A stretch of 64,000 nt of DNA, taken from NCBI GenBank assembly GCA_035271065.1, contig DATESB010000132.1, forward strand, positions 6,552 through 70,551, read 5' to 3'. This document shows, one piece after another, positions 19,505 to 28,061 of the stretch (position 1 is the stretch's first letter; each line of letters starts with the position of its first letter). Below the pieces are notes generated by a model. The model was not told the origin of the DNA and did no database searches. It worked only from the letters and a program-made list of their open reading frames with translations. This DNA is from Lachnospiraceae bacterium (GTDB lineage Bacteria > Bacillota > Clostridia > Lachnospirales > Lachnospiraceae). A program made the position numbers and the translations under genes.

Positions 19505-20326
19505 CTATATTTCCAAAGAATCCTTATTTAATAAAAATTCATACAATCCCAAATGAACAATACCATATTCATCTATCCATGATTTCATCATTGTTTTCAC
19601 AATAATTATTTTCTTTAAAAAATCTTTTGTACTTTTCAATGGTCTGAGTTCTATTTCCATCTTAGAAGCATCACTGACATTAAGTGCTGACTGAATATAA
19701 TATTTTTTGGGACCTTTGTTTACAACGAAGTCAATCTCACATTGTTTTTTTCTCTTGGTTCCTTCTATGGCGTCGACAATTTCCACTACACCCACATCAA
19801 CCGAACACTCGCGGCACAAGAGTTCATTATAAATAATGTTTTCCATAATATGAGTCTCTTCTAATTGTCTAAAATTAAGTCTTGCATTTCGAAGTCCTAT
19901 ATCCGTGCAATAATACTTTGAAGGATATTCAAAATACTTTTTCCCTTTTACGTCATAGCGTTTGGCATTAGAGAATAAAAAAGATTCCGATAAATAATTT
20001 AGATAATTGGCAATCGTATTACCGGAAACCTTAATGCCTTTAACAGTTTGAATCGTATACTGTACTTCATCAATTAAAATATAGTACATTTCATTATTTA
20101 CTATTTGGGAACGAATATATTTAGAAAGTTCCTCTGGATTCCGATACTTCACATAAGTATCATCATCAAGTGCTATGGAAATGATTTGCTCTTCTTTAAC
20201 ACCATTTTCGATTAAATAATCATAATATAAACGAAACAACAGATAACTTTTCCCACATCTCCTAATACCTGTGATGACTTTTATTAAGCCATTTTCTTTT
20301 TTATCAATCGGCGGTTGTGTTATCTT
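19505..20326 (-). pseudogene. Decayed AAA_14/DUF4143-family ATPase gene (5'-disrupted, internal deletion)
   Basis: The frame reads ...QPPIDKKENGLIKVITGIRRCGKSYLLFRLYY with no usable start codon. After ILIDEVQ it jumps straight to the ...NTIANYLNYLSESFLF..RYDVKGKKY segment, so about 130 aa of the usual family architecture are missing. The C-terminal E.DF..(nuclease-like) part is retained. Confidence 0.65.
20303..20317. repeat. Left copy of the exact 15-bp direct repeat ATCAATCGGCGGTTG
   Basis: Identical 15-mer at 22928-22942. Confidence 0.95.
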
Positions 20327-21670
20327 TTATAAACACATAGTCATATAAACCGGTATATGCAAGATTCCGTCCTCATTCTTAAAGTCTTTCGTGTATATAA
20401 TGAATTTATCACCTATCTTAGAAGAATACCTTGTAATGAACTTGTCTAAAGAAGCATGTTTCTTATAGAGGGAAGATTTCACTTCAATGGGGCAGATTTT
20501 GCGATTTCTTCGTATCAGGAAATCTATTTCCATGCGATTCATGGCATCCTGATTATCGCTTCTGGAATAAAAAAACAGTTTATTGCCATTAGCCCGTAAC
20601 ATTTGTGCAACCACATTCTCAAAGAACATCCCTTCATTTAATTCTAATCTGTCGAAGAGAATCGCCTTGTACACCTCTTCCTCCGTAAGTTCTTGATCCG
20701 AAAATGCATGGCTGAACAACAGACCGGTATCTGCCATATAACATTTGAGAGTCAGGCGGTCTGCATTGAGTCCAAGTCCTACATTAGGATCCATGTTATT
20801 AAAACAAGTGTTGATGACCTCTGCCTCATCCAACCACATGAATGCATCCTCATAATCTCGAAACCTTGCCTCTTTTTCTATGGATGCCAATTTATATTTC
20901 TTTTCATGTCGCGATAGTTGTGCCGGAATTCCGTCAAAAATCGCAAGTACTTTACTCTCATACCCACCCGCAAACTTAGAGACATCATTTCGATATAGGG
21001 ACAAAATGTTTCGTTTCACCCTGTCTGTTCGTTCAAAATCCTTTGTCTCTATATATTCCAGTACCGCTTGTGGCATTCCGCCAACAAGCATATATTGTCT
21101 AAACACATTCATTGTCTTACGATGAATGGCCTCTCCCAGAGGTTCTCTCCTTTCAAAACAGTTCGCAATATATCCGGCAGTTATTTCATCACCCATTGCC
21201 CATAGAAATTCTTCAAAATCCAATGGTTGCATCATGATATGCCTTTCTTCGGACGGCAGCACAATATTGCGAATATTTCTTTTCAGAGAAATCAAAGAAC
21301 CCGTCTCAATATAATCATATCTTCCGTCTGCAACAAGGTATTTGATTAACTGTCGTGCTTTTGGATACATTTGAATTTCATCGAAAACAATCAGACTCTC
21401 TCTCTTATACAATTTCTTGCCTTTTAATACAGCCAGTTTAGTGAAAAATAAATCCAAGTCAGAAAACTCATATTCAAACAAATCAATGACTTCCTTTTCT
21501 ACATTAGCAAAATCAATCATCAAACAGGACTGATACTCACGCGCTCCAAATTGTTCAACAATAAAACTCTTGCCGACTCGACGCGCCCCCTCTATCAGCA
21601 ACGCTGTTTTTCCGGCATCAGATTCCTTCCAGTCTTTCATTTTTTGATATATCTTTCTCCTCAATTCCAT
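20327..21670 (-). CDS. AAA+ ATPase with C-terminal DUF4143/PD-(D/E)XK-like domain (intact)
   Basis: Walker A GARRVGKS, Walker B LIVFDEIQ. C-terminal MEIDFLI...ICPIEVKSS nuclease-like motif. 447 aa is typical full length for the family. Confidence 0.85.
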   Translation of the reverse strand: MELRRKIYQKMKDWKESDAGKTALLIEGARRVGKSFIVEQFGAREYQSCLMIDFANVEKEVIDLFEYEFSDLDLFFTKLAVLKGKKLYKRESLIVFDEIQMYPKARQLIKYLVADGRYDYIETGSLISLKRNIRNIVLPSEERHIMMQPLDFEEFLWAMGDEITAGYIANCFERREPLGEAIHRKTMNVFRQYMLVGGMPQAVLEYIETKDFERTDRVKRNILSLYRNDVSKFAGGYESKVLAIFDGIPAQLSRHEKKYKLASIEKEARFRDYEDAFMWLDEAEVINTCFNNMDPNVGLGLNADRLTLKCYMADTGLLFSHAFSDQELTEEEVYKAILFDRLELNEGMFFENVVAQMLRANGNKLFFYSRSDNQDAMNRMEIDFLIRRNRKICPIEVKSSLYKKHASLDKFITRYSSKIGDKFIIYTKDFKNEDGILHIPVYMTMCL

Positions 21671-21723
21671 AGGATACCTCCACTTGTATCATCTATATTA
21701 TCGCCCATCTGTACACTTTTATC

Positions 21724-21818
21724 CATATATGCACGTTTTTGACCTTTCTGTATGTTTACATATTACACCTTTTCGACCTTTCTTGCAATTCATATTTTAC
21801 ACGTTTTTGACTTTAATA
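21724..21818. repeat. Three phased direct repeats (CATAT-N2-4-CACGTTTTTGACCTTTCT), period 34 bp
   Basis: Cores at 21732-21749, 21766-21783 and 21800-21814, read directly from the sequence. Located between the DUF6273 terminator and the ATPase start. Confidence 0.85.
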
Positions 21819-22827
21819 AAAAAAAGAAAAGCCCTCCGGTTCTATCAACCGGAAGACTTCTAGAAATTTCTGCCTCTGGGGTCAACGCATTGGAATCTAT
21901 CCTGTTATACAGAAAAGTTCCGCTTTCATCCTTTAAAGTCAGTTTCCATGTATTGGCATTCACCTCGTCCGCTTCAACTCCTGCAAAAGCAGACTTGTTA
22001 TATCCGCTCGCAGATGAGAAGAGAACGGAGGAAAGATTCAAATTAAAAGCGTGTCGAGCAGAACCGTAGACATTGTCTACTTGGTTGCCTCCTCCCGAAT
22101 GGACGTAGCCAGAATCGAGTACGTATGCGGCGTAGTAGTTATTACGACCGGGGGAACGAAGCCACCACCAATACAATAAATTCGGGTCTGCTTTTCTTGT
22201 TCCGTCATTATTATTAAATCCATAATTTGTATTCTGTACATCATCTAAATCCAATAGAAATATTTTGTCATTTGAACCTGATGGATAGTTGCTATATGGT
22301 CTGTTGCCTCCATTATAATCATAATAATCTGATGTGTTACTGTCCTTGATTTCTGTTGTACTAATTGCTTTTTGCTCAGTGGTTGAAAGATTGTCAAAGA
22401 AGTCAGCGCCATTCAAATTTCCCCTAATAGTACTTGCTGACCAATCTGATGATCTAGTTCTATTAAATGCTCTTCCATTTACTTCCAGGGCGTCTTTTGA
22501 CAGTAACAACATATGGTGTTCCTTGGATGAGTGTGCTTGAACAGTGTTATCTTTATTCAGTGCACTACCGTCTTTATCCAACACATAGTATGCTTTATCT
22601 CCGTAATAAACAGTAGTTCCTTCCCATGATAACGCATTGCCTGTTCCCGATGTCGGATTGCTAATTCCTGCAATGCTATTATCATCAAGTCTCAAATTCA
22701 CATTCTTAGTTCCCGCTGTGGCCGCCTGTTCCCCCACCGTTCCAATCGGTGACAAGCTAAGTCCGCCTACAACCATTGCCATTGTTAAAAAATAACTTAC
22801 GATTTTCTTCCCTGTGTTCTTTCTCAC
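21790..22827 (-). CDS. Secreted DUF6273-like protein (WWLRSP motif), probably a 3'-truncated or extended gene
   Basis: GTG start with GGTGGAGG SD, signal peptide, and the YWWWLRSPG motif characteristic of DUF6273. The last ~20 codons are encoded by a terminator hairpin and repeat DNA. Confidence 0.65.
   Translation of the reverse strand: MRKNTGKKIVSYFLTMAMVVGGLSLSPIGTVGEQAATAGTKNVNLRLDDNSIAGISNPTSGTGNALSWEGTTVYYGDKAYYVLDKDGSALNKDNTVQAHSSKEHHMLLLSKDALEVNGRAFNRTRSSDWSASTIRGNLNGADFFDNLSTTEQKAISTTEIKDSNTSDYYDYNGGNRPYSNYPSGSNDKIFLLDLDDVQNTNYGFNNNDGTRKADPNLLYWWWLRSPGRNNYYAAYVLDSGYVHSGGGNQVDNVYGSARHAFNLNLSSVLFSSASGYNKSAFAGVEADEVNANTWKLTLKDESGTFLYNRIDSNALTPEAEISRSLPVDRTGGLFFFLLKSKTCKI
21818..21856 (-). 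terminator. Intrinsic terminator lying inside the 3' end of the DUF6273 ORF
   Basis: TCCGGTT / AACCGGA stem (21835-21841 / 21847-21853) followed on the minus strand by a TTTTCTTTTTT run. Confidence 0.65.
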
Positions 22828-22867
22828 TTTTATTCCTCCACCCTGTATGATTTAATCCTTAATCATC

Positions 22868-22896
22868 ATCTTAACAACTGCATATTTCCATGTCAA
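22868..22896 (-). promoter_or_regulatory. Promoter of the DUF6273 gene
   Basis: On the minus strand: TTGACA, 17 nt, TAAGAT. Confidence 0.55.
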
Positions 22897-22927
22897 TAGT
22901 GATTTTTCTGTATCATATTTTTGTTTC

Positions 22928-22942
22928 ATCAATCGGCGGTTG
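22928..22942. repeat. Right copy of the exact 15-bp direct repeat ATCAATCGGCGGTTG
   Basis: Identical to 20303-20317. On the minus strand it is preceded by ATG (22945-22943) and followed by a stop after 11 codons. Confidence 0.95.
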
Positions 22943-22990
22943 CATTGTGTGGATAGTGAAAATCACTTGAAAGAAAAAGTGCATTACGGT

Positions 22991-23022
22991 GCACAAGAAA
23001 ATGCCGGCCAAAGGCCGGCATT
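22991..23022 (-). terminator. Intrinsic terminator after ppdK
   Basis: 10-bp stem AATGCCGGCC / GGCCGGCATT with loop AAA, then TTTCTT on the minus strand. Confidence 0.8.
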
Positions 23023-23056
23023 CTCTTTACTCTATTATATTAGAAACATCACACCT

Positions 23057-25678
23057 CTATTGTTCCGCCAATGATGCCTGTGCTGCTGCAAGTCTTGCAA
23101 TCGGAACTCTAAACGGTGAACAGGATACATAATCAAGTCCAACCTTATGACAGAACTCGATAGACGCCGGATCACCACCATGCTCACCACAGATACCAAG
23201 ATGAATATCAGGTCTTGTAGCACGGCCCTTCTTAGCCGCCATTTCCACAAGCTGTCCAACACCGTTCTGATCCAGTTTTGCAAACGGATCTGACTCATAT
23301 ATTTTTGATTTATAATAAGCATCCAAGAACTTACCTGCATCATCACGAGAGAATCCAAATGTCATCTGTGTCAAATCGTTTGTTCCGAATGAAAAGAACT
23401 CAGCCTCTTCTGCAATCTCATTTGCAAGTAATGCTGCTCTCGGAATTTCAATCATGGTACCTACATGGTAAACGATATCAGAATTCATTTCCTTCTTTAC
23501 AAGTTCTGCAACCTCAACAACTGCATCCTTGACAAACTTCAGTTCCTTCTTATCTCCAACAAGCGGAATCATAATTTCAGGTTCAATATCATAACCCTTT
23601 TCATTCTTCACTTCAATTGCTGCTTCCATAACCGCACGTGTCTGCATCTTGGCGATTTCAGGATAAGTAACTGCAAGACGGCATCCACGGTGTCCCATCA
23701 TCGGGTTAAACTCATGTAATGCATCACAAGTTTCCTTTACCTGCTGAACCGTTAAGTTCATGCGTTTTGCCAATTCCTCGATATCTTTCTCATCAGTCGG
23801 CACAAACTCATGAAGAGGTGGATCTAAGAAACGAATGGTAACCGGTCTGCCCTCCATTGCCTCGTAGATGCCCTTAAAGTCATCCTTCTGATAAGGAGTC
23901 AATCCAATCAACGCCTCTGTACGCTCTTCTACCGTGGTAGACAAAATCATCTGACGAATCTTCGGAATTCTTTCAGGTTCAAAGAACATATGCTCTGTAC
24001 GGCAAAGTCCGATACCCTCTGCTCCAAGTTTTACAGCATTTCTTGCATCTGCCGGTGTGTCTGCATTGGTTCTGACCTGTAACTTTCTGTATTTATCAGC
24101 CCAGCCCATGATACGTCCGAAATTACCGCCTATCTGTGCTTCTTCTGTCTGGATATCTCCCAGATAAATCTTACCTGTGGAACCGTCCAGTGAAATGTAA
24201 TCACCTTCTACAATCGTCTCGCCGCCCAGTTTGAATACTTTGGCTGCTTCATCAATCTGAATTTCACCACATCCTGATACACATGCTGTTCCCATGCCAC
24301 GCGCCACAACTGCTGCATGAGATGTCATACCGCCACGTACTGTTAAGATACCTTCTGCTGCGTGCATACCTTCAATATCTTCCGGAGAAGTTTCAAGTCT
24401 GACAAGGACAACTCTCTCGCCTGCTTCATGATGTGCCTTTGCTTCATCTGCTGTAAAGTAAACACGTCCTGCAGCCGCACCCGGTGAAGCCGGAAGTGCC
24501 TGTCCCAGTAACTTACCGTCTTTTAATGCCTGTGGTACAAACGTCGGATGTAACAACTGGTCAAGAGATTTTGCTTCAATTCTCATAACTGCTTCTTCCG
24601 GTGTAATCTTGCCCTCATCTACAAGGTCACATGCAATCTGTAATGCTGCCGGAGCAGTTCTCTTACCGTTACGTGTCTGTAAGAAGAATAACTTCTCATC
24701 TTCAATCGTAAATTCCATATCCTGCATATCGCAATAGTGATTTTCAAGTCTGTTTGCAATCTCCATGAATTGCTTGTACACATTCGGCATATCCTCTTCC
24801 AGCTTTGTAATCGGCTGAGGAGTTCTGATACCTGCAACAACATCTTCTCCCTGTGCATTGATTAAGTACTCGCCGAAGATACCCTTGGCGCCTGTGGACG
24901 GATTTCTGGTAAATGCAACACCTGTACCGGATTTGTTACCTGTATTACCGAATACCATTGCCTGAACGCTGACTGCCGTACCCCAGTCGCCCGGAATATC
25001 ATTCATTCTTCTGTATACGATTGCTCTTGGATTATCCCATGAACGGAATACTGCTTTTACAGCTTCCATCAACTGTACTTTCGGATCCTGCGGGAACTCT
25101 TCGCCCATTTTCTCTTTATAAATTGCTTTATACTTTGCAATCACTTCTTTCAAATCATCTGCTGTCAAATCAGTATCGAATTTTGCACCTTTGGCTTCTT
25201 TGATTTCATCCAAAATACCTTCAAAGAATGTCTTGCTCATTTCCATAACAACATCCGAGAACATCTGGATAAATCTTCTGTAAGAATCATATGCAAATCT
25301 CGGATTACCTGTCTTCTTTGCAAATCCTTCCACTGCAATATCATTCAGTCCCAGGTTCAATATGGTATCCATCATACCCGGCATAGATGCGCGAGCACCT
25401 GAACGAACTGAAACAAGCAACGGATTCTCGGTATCACCGAATTTTTTGCCCTGCTGTTCCTCTAATTTAGCCAATGCTTCAAATATCTGACTCTTAATCT
25501 CGTCATTTACAGTTTTGCCGCTATTATAATAGTCTGTACACGCCTCTGTTGTAACCGTAAAGCCCTGCGGTATCGGCAATCCGAGATTGGTCATCTCAGC
25601 CAGATTGCAGCCTTTACCTCCTAACAGATTGCGCATTTGTGCGCTTCCTTCCTTGAATAAATAAACCCATTTTGCCAT
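23057..25678 (-). CDS. ppdK: Pyruvate, phosphate dikinase
   Basis: 873 aa. MAKWVYLFKEG... N-terminus, phosphohistidine motif GGMTSHAAVVARG and the C-terminal PEP/pyruvate domain. Confidence 0.97.
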   Translation of the reverse strand: MAKWVYLFKEGSAQMRNLLGGKGCNLAEMTNLGLPIPQGFTVTTEACTDYYNSGKTVNDEIKSQIFEALAKLEEQQGKKFGDTENPLLVSVRSGARASMPGMMDTILNLGLNDIAVEGFAKKTGNPRFAYDSYRRFIQMFSDVVMEMSKTFFEGILDEIKEAKGAKFDTDLTADDLKEVIAKYKAIYKEKMGEEFPQDPKVQLMEAVKAVFRSWDNPRAIVYRRMNDIPGDWGTAVSVQAMVFGNTGNKSGTGVAFTRNPSTGAKGIFGEYLINAQGEDVVAGIRTPQPITKLEEDMPNVYKQFMEIANRLENHYCDMQDMEFTIEDEKLFFLQTRNGKRTAPAALQIACDLVDEGKITPEEAVMRIEAKSLDQLLHPTFVPQALKDGKLLGQALPASPGAAAGRVYFTADEAKAHHEAGERVVLVRLETSPEDIEGMHAAEGILTVRGGMTSHAAVVARGMGTACVSGCGEIQIDEAAKVFKLGGETIVEGDYISLDGSTGKIYLGDIQTEEAQIGGNFGRIMGWADKYRKLQVRTNADTPADARNAVKLGAEGIGLCRTEHMFFEPERIPKIRQMILSTTVEERTEALIGLTPYQKDDFKGIYEAMEGRPVTIRFLDPPLHEFVPTDEKDIEELAKRMNLTVQQVKETCDALHEFNPMMGHRGCRLAVTYPEIAKMQTRAVMEAAIEVKNEKGYDIEPEIMIPLVGDKKELKFVKDAVVEVAELVKKEMNSDIVYHVGTMIEIPRAALLANEIAEEAEFFSFGTNDLTQMTFGFSRDDAGKFLDAYYKSKIYESDPFAKLDQNGVGQLVEMAAKKGRATRPDIHLGICGEHGGDPASIEFCHKVGLDYVSCSPFRVPIARLAAAQASLAEQ

Positions 25679-25731
25679 TCTTATCTTCCTCCCTTAAAGT
25701 TTTATCAATCCAATGGATGATTCCGATATAT

Positions 25732-25773
25732 AAAAAAGCCAAATTTCCCCCCTTGGGCTAATTTGGCTTTTTT
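25732..25773 (-). terminator. Intrinsic terminator in the glyQS-ppdK spacer (bidirectional shape)
   Basis: GCCAAATT / AATTTGGC stem (25738-25745 / 25760-25767) flanked by A6 and T6. It lies 55 nt upstream of the ppdK start and downstream of a good promoter. Confidence 0.75.
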
Positions 25774-25902
25774 CCAATATAAGTATTCACTGTCCGCTCC
25801 ATTGCGCGCAATCGAATATCCAATCGAATCATATAAAAATCCTTTTCAATGTATTTATGAGACAAACTATAACGGTTAAACTGTCCTCGTCTCACGAACA
25901 AA

Positions 25903-25931
25903 ATTATATCATATGGACCTCTACATGTCTA
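25903..25931 (-). promoter_or_regulatory. Sigma-A-type promoter upstream of the ppdK leader
   Basis: On the minus strand: TAGACA, 17 nt, TGATATAAT (extended -10). Confidence 0.6.
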
Positions 25932-25982
25932 GCATTTTTTTGCACTTTTGATTCAAATTGGTAATTTACGATTAAAATAATG

Positions 25983-27371
25983 CTAGAACGTAAATTTGTC
26001 TTCAAAATATCTCTTCAAATCTTCTATCTTAATTCTTTCCTGCGCCATAGTATCACGCTCACGTACGGTTACCATGCCGTCTTCTTCTGACTCAAAGTCA
26101 TAAGTAACACAGAAAGGTGTTCCGATTTCGTCCTGTCTTCTGTAACGTTTTCCGATATTTCCTCTGTCATCAAACTCACAGTTATAAGTCTTGGAGAGTT
26201 CTGCAAATATCTTCTCAGCACCTTCATTTAGTTTCTTTGATAACGGAAGCACACCTATCTTAATCGGTGCCAATGCCGGATGGAAATGAAGAACTGTTCT
26301 GACATCTCCCTCTCCGATTTCTTCTTCATCATATGCACCACACAAGAATGCAAGGAACATTCGCTCTACACCAAGTGACGGCTCAATGACATACGGTATG
26401 TACTTCTCACGTTTCTCATCATCAAAGTACGTTAAGTCTTCACCTGATACAGTCTGGTGCTGTGTTAAGTCATAATCTGTTCTGTCTGCAATACCCCAAA
26501 GTTCTCCCCATCCAAACGGGAACAAGAACTCAATATCAGATGTTGCTTTGGAATAGAAAGATAATTCCTCAGCATCATGATCTCTCACACGCATTTCTTC
26601 TTCTTTCATGCCAAGTGATTGTAAGAAATCAATACAATATTTCTTCCAATATGCAAACCATTCAAGGTCGGTATCCGGTTCGCAGAAGAATTCCATCTCC
26701 ATTTGCTCGAATTCACGTACACGGAAGATAAAGTTACCCGGTGTAATCTCATTACGGAAAGACTTACCCACCTGACAGATACCAAACGGAATTTTCTTTC
26801 TGGAAGTACGCTGTACGTTCTTAAAGTTAACAAAAATACCCTGTGCTGTCTCAGGTCTTAAGTATACTGTATTCTTGGCATCCTCGGTAACACCCTGGAA
26901 TGTCTTAAACATCAAATTGAATTGACGAATATCTGTAAAGTTATGCTTGCCGCAAGTCGGACACGGAATATTGTTTTCACGAATATATTCCATCATTTGC
27001 TCCTGTGTCCAGCCGTCTACGGAGCCGTCAAGTGTCAATCCCTTTTCAGCTGCATAATCTTCAATAATCTTATCTGCACGGAATCTCTCGTGGCATTCTT
27101 TACAATCCATTAAAGGATCTGAAAAACTACCCAGATGTCCTGATGCAACCCATGTCTGCGGGTTCATCAATATTGCACAATCAACGCCGACATTATAGGG
27201 GCTTTCCATAACAAATTTCTGCCACCATGCCTTCTTGATATTATTCTTGAGTTCTACACCGAGATTACCGAAATCCCATGTATTGGCTAATCCACCGTAA
27301 ATCTCTGAGCCGGGATATACAAAGCCCCTTGATTTGGCTAACGCTACGATTTTTTCCATTGTCTTTTCCAT
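25983..27371 (-). CDS. glyQS: Glycine--tRNA ligase (dimeric GlyQS type)
   Basis: 462 aa. N-terminus [31 protein letters not shown] is canonical. Confidence 0.96.
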   Translation of the reverse strand: MEKTMEKIVALAKSRGFVYPGSEIYGGLANTWDFGNLGVELKNNIKKAWWQKFVMESPYNVGVDCAILMNPQTWVASGHLGSFSDPLMDCKECHERFRADKIIEDYAAEKGLTLDGSVDGWTQEQMMEYIRENNIPCPTCGKHNFTDIRQFNLMFKTFQGVTEDAKNTVYLRPETAQGIFVNFKNVQRTSRKKIPFGICQVGKSFRNEITPGNFIFRVREFEQMEMEFFCEPDTDLEWFAYWKKYCIDFLQSLGMKEEEMRVRDHDAEELSFYSKATSDIEFLFPFGWGELWGIADRTDYDLTQHQTVSGEDLTYFDDEKREKYIPYVIEPSLGVERMFLAFLCGAYDEEEIGEGDVRTVLHFHPALAPIKIGVLPLSKKLNEGAEKIFAELSKTYNCEFDDRGNIGKRYRRQDEIGTPFCVTYDFESEEDGMVTVRERDTMAQERIKIEDLKRYFEDKFTF

Positions 27372-27395
27372 TTTTCATTCCTCTATTCGTTTTTA

Positions 27396-27995
27396 TTATC
27401 TAAATACAAGATACGCCGGTCCCGCTGCTTCATCAGAAATCCTTGCTTCTTTGTCACTGATGATTTCCACATTGGCACTGGTGTATAATATCTTCTTATA
27501 TAACACAACATTCACAGGATTATCTATAATGAGAATCTTATACTTTCCCTTTTCCAAAAGATCTTCTTTAGAGAGTGTCTCTTCTCCCTCTGTGCTCTTC
27601 ATAACAACATCCAAATCAATTCCAGCTTCATATGCTTCATTGATGCTCCCCAGAAAAAACTGCGCCTGATTAAAATCAGCATAATCCTGACCTGTCTTAA
27701 AGTCGACAAACACCTTAGCCACTCCGGAACTCACATCAAATCTGGAAACAACTGCTGCATCTTCTTGCCCAACTTCTGCATTATATGCTGCAACTTCTTC
27801 ATCTAACATTGATTGCAGCTCCAAGGCACTGTAGTAGCCTTGCTCAAAACTTTCCACAATGGCATCCGTAACCTTCCCATTCTTCTGTACAAATACAGTT
27901 GTTGTCTCAATGTCAGGTTCCTTCTCTGCACATCCGCCGAGACAAAAAATCACTGCACATGCGATAAGCAATATCATACCCTTTATTCTCTTCAT
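27396..27995 (-). CDS. Lipoprotein of unknown function
   Basis: Start at MKRIKGMILLIACAVIFCLGGC (lipobox LGGC) with GGGAGGTGAG SD. No recognisable catalytic motif. Confidence 0.7.
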   Translation of the reverse strand: MKRIKGMILLIACAVIFCLGGCAEKEPDIETTTVFVQKNGKVTDAIVESFEQGYYSALELQSMLDEEVAAYNAEVGQEDAAVVSRFDVSSGVAKVFVDFKTGQDYADFNQAQFFLGSINEAYEAGIDLDVVMKSTEGEETLSKEDLLEKGKYKILIIDNPVNVVLYKKILYTSANVEIISDKEARISDEAAGPAYLVFR

Positions 27996-28061
27996 ATATT
28001 GCTCACCTCCCGAATTTTGGTTTTTAAGAAGCACACCATACGTTATTATAACCAAGTTGCC

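Noticed and set aside
19505-22950. Whether the accessory pocket is a prophage, an integrative element or a classical defence island
   Set aside because: No integrase, transposase, restriction-modification, Cas, or phage structural or replication genes are present. Only the direct repeat and the ATPases are seen, so it is reported as an unexplained cassette rather than a named element.
22891-22959. 12-mers TGTCAATAGTGA and TGTGGATAGTGA flanking the right copy of the 15-bp repeat
   Set aside because: Only 10/12 are identical, they are direct rather than inverted, and the DNA is AT-rich. The first copy is explained by the -35 box of the DUF6273 promoter. This is possibly chance.
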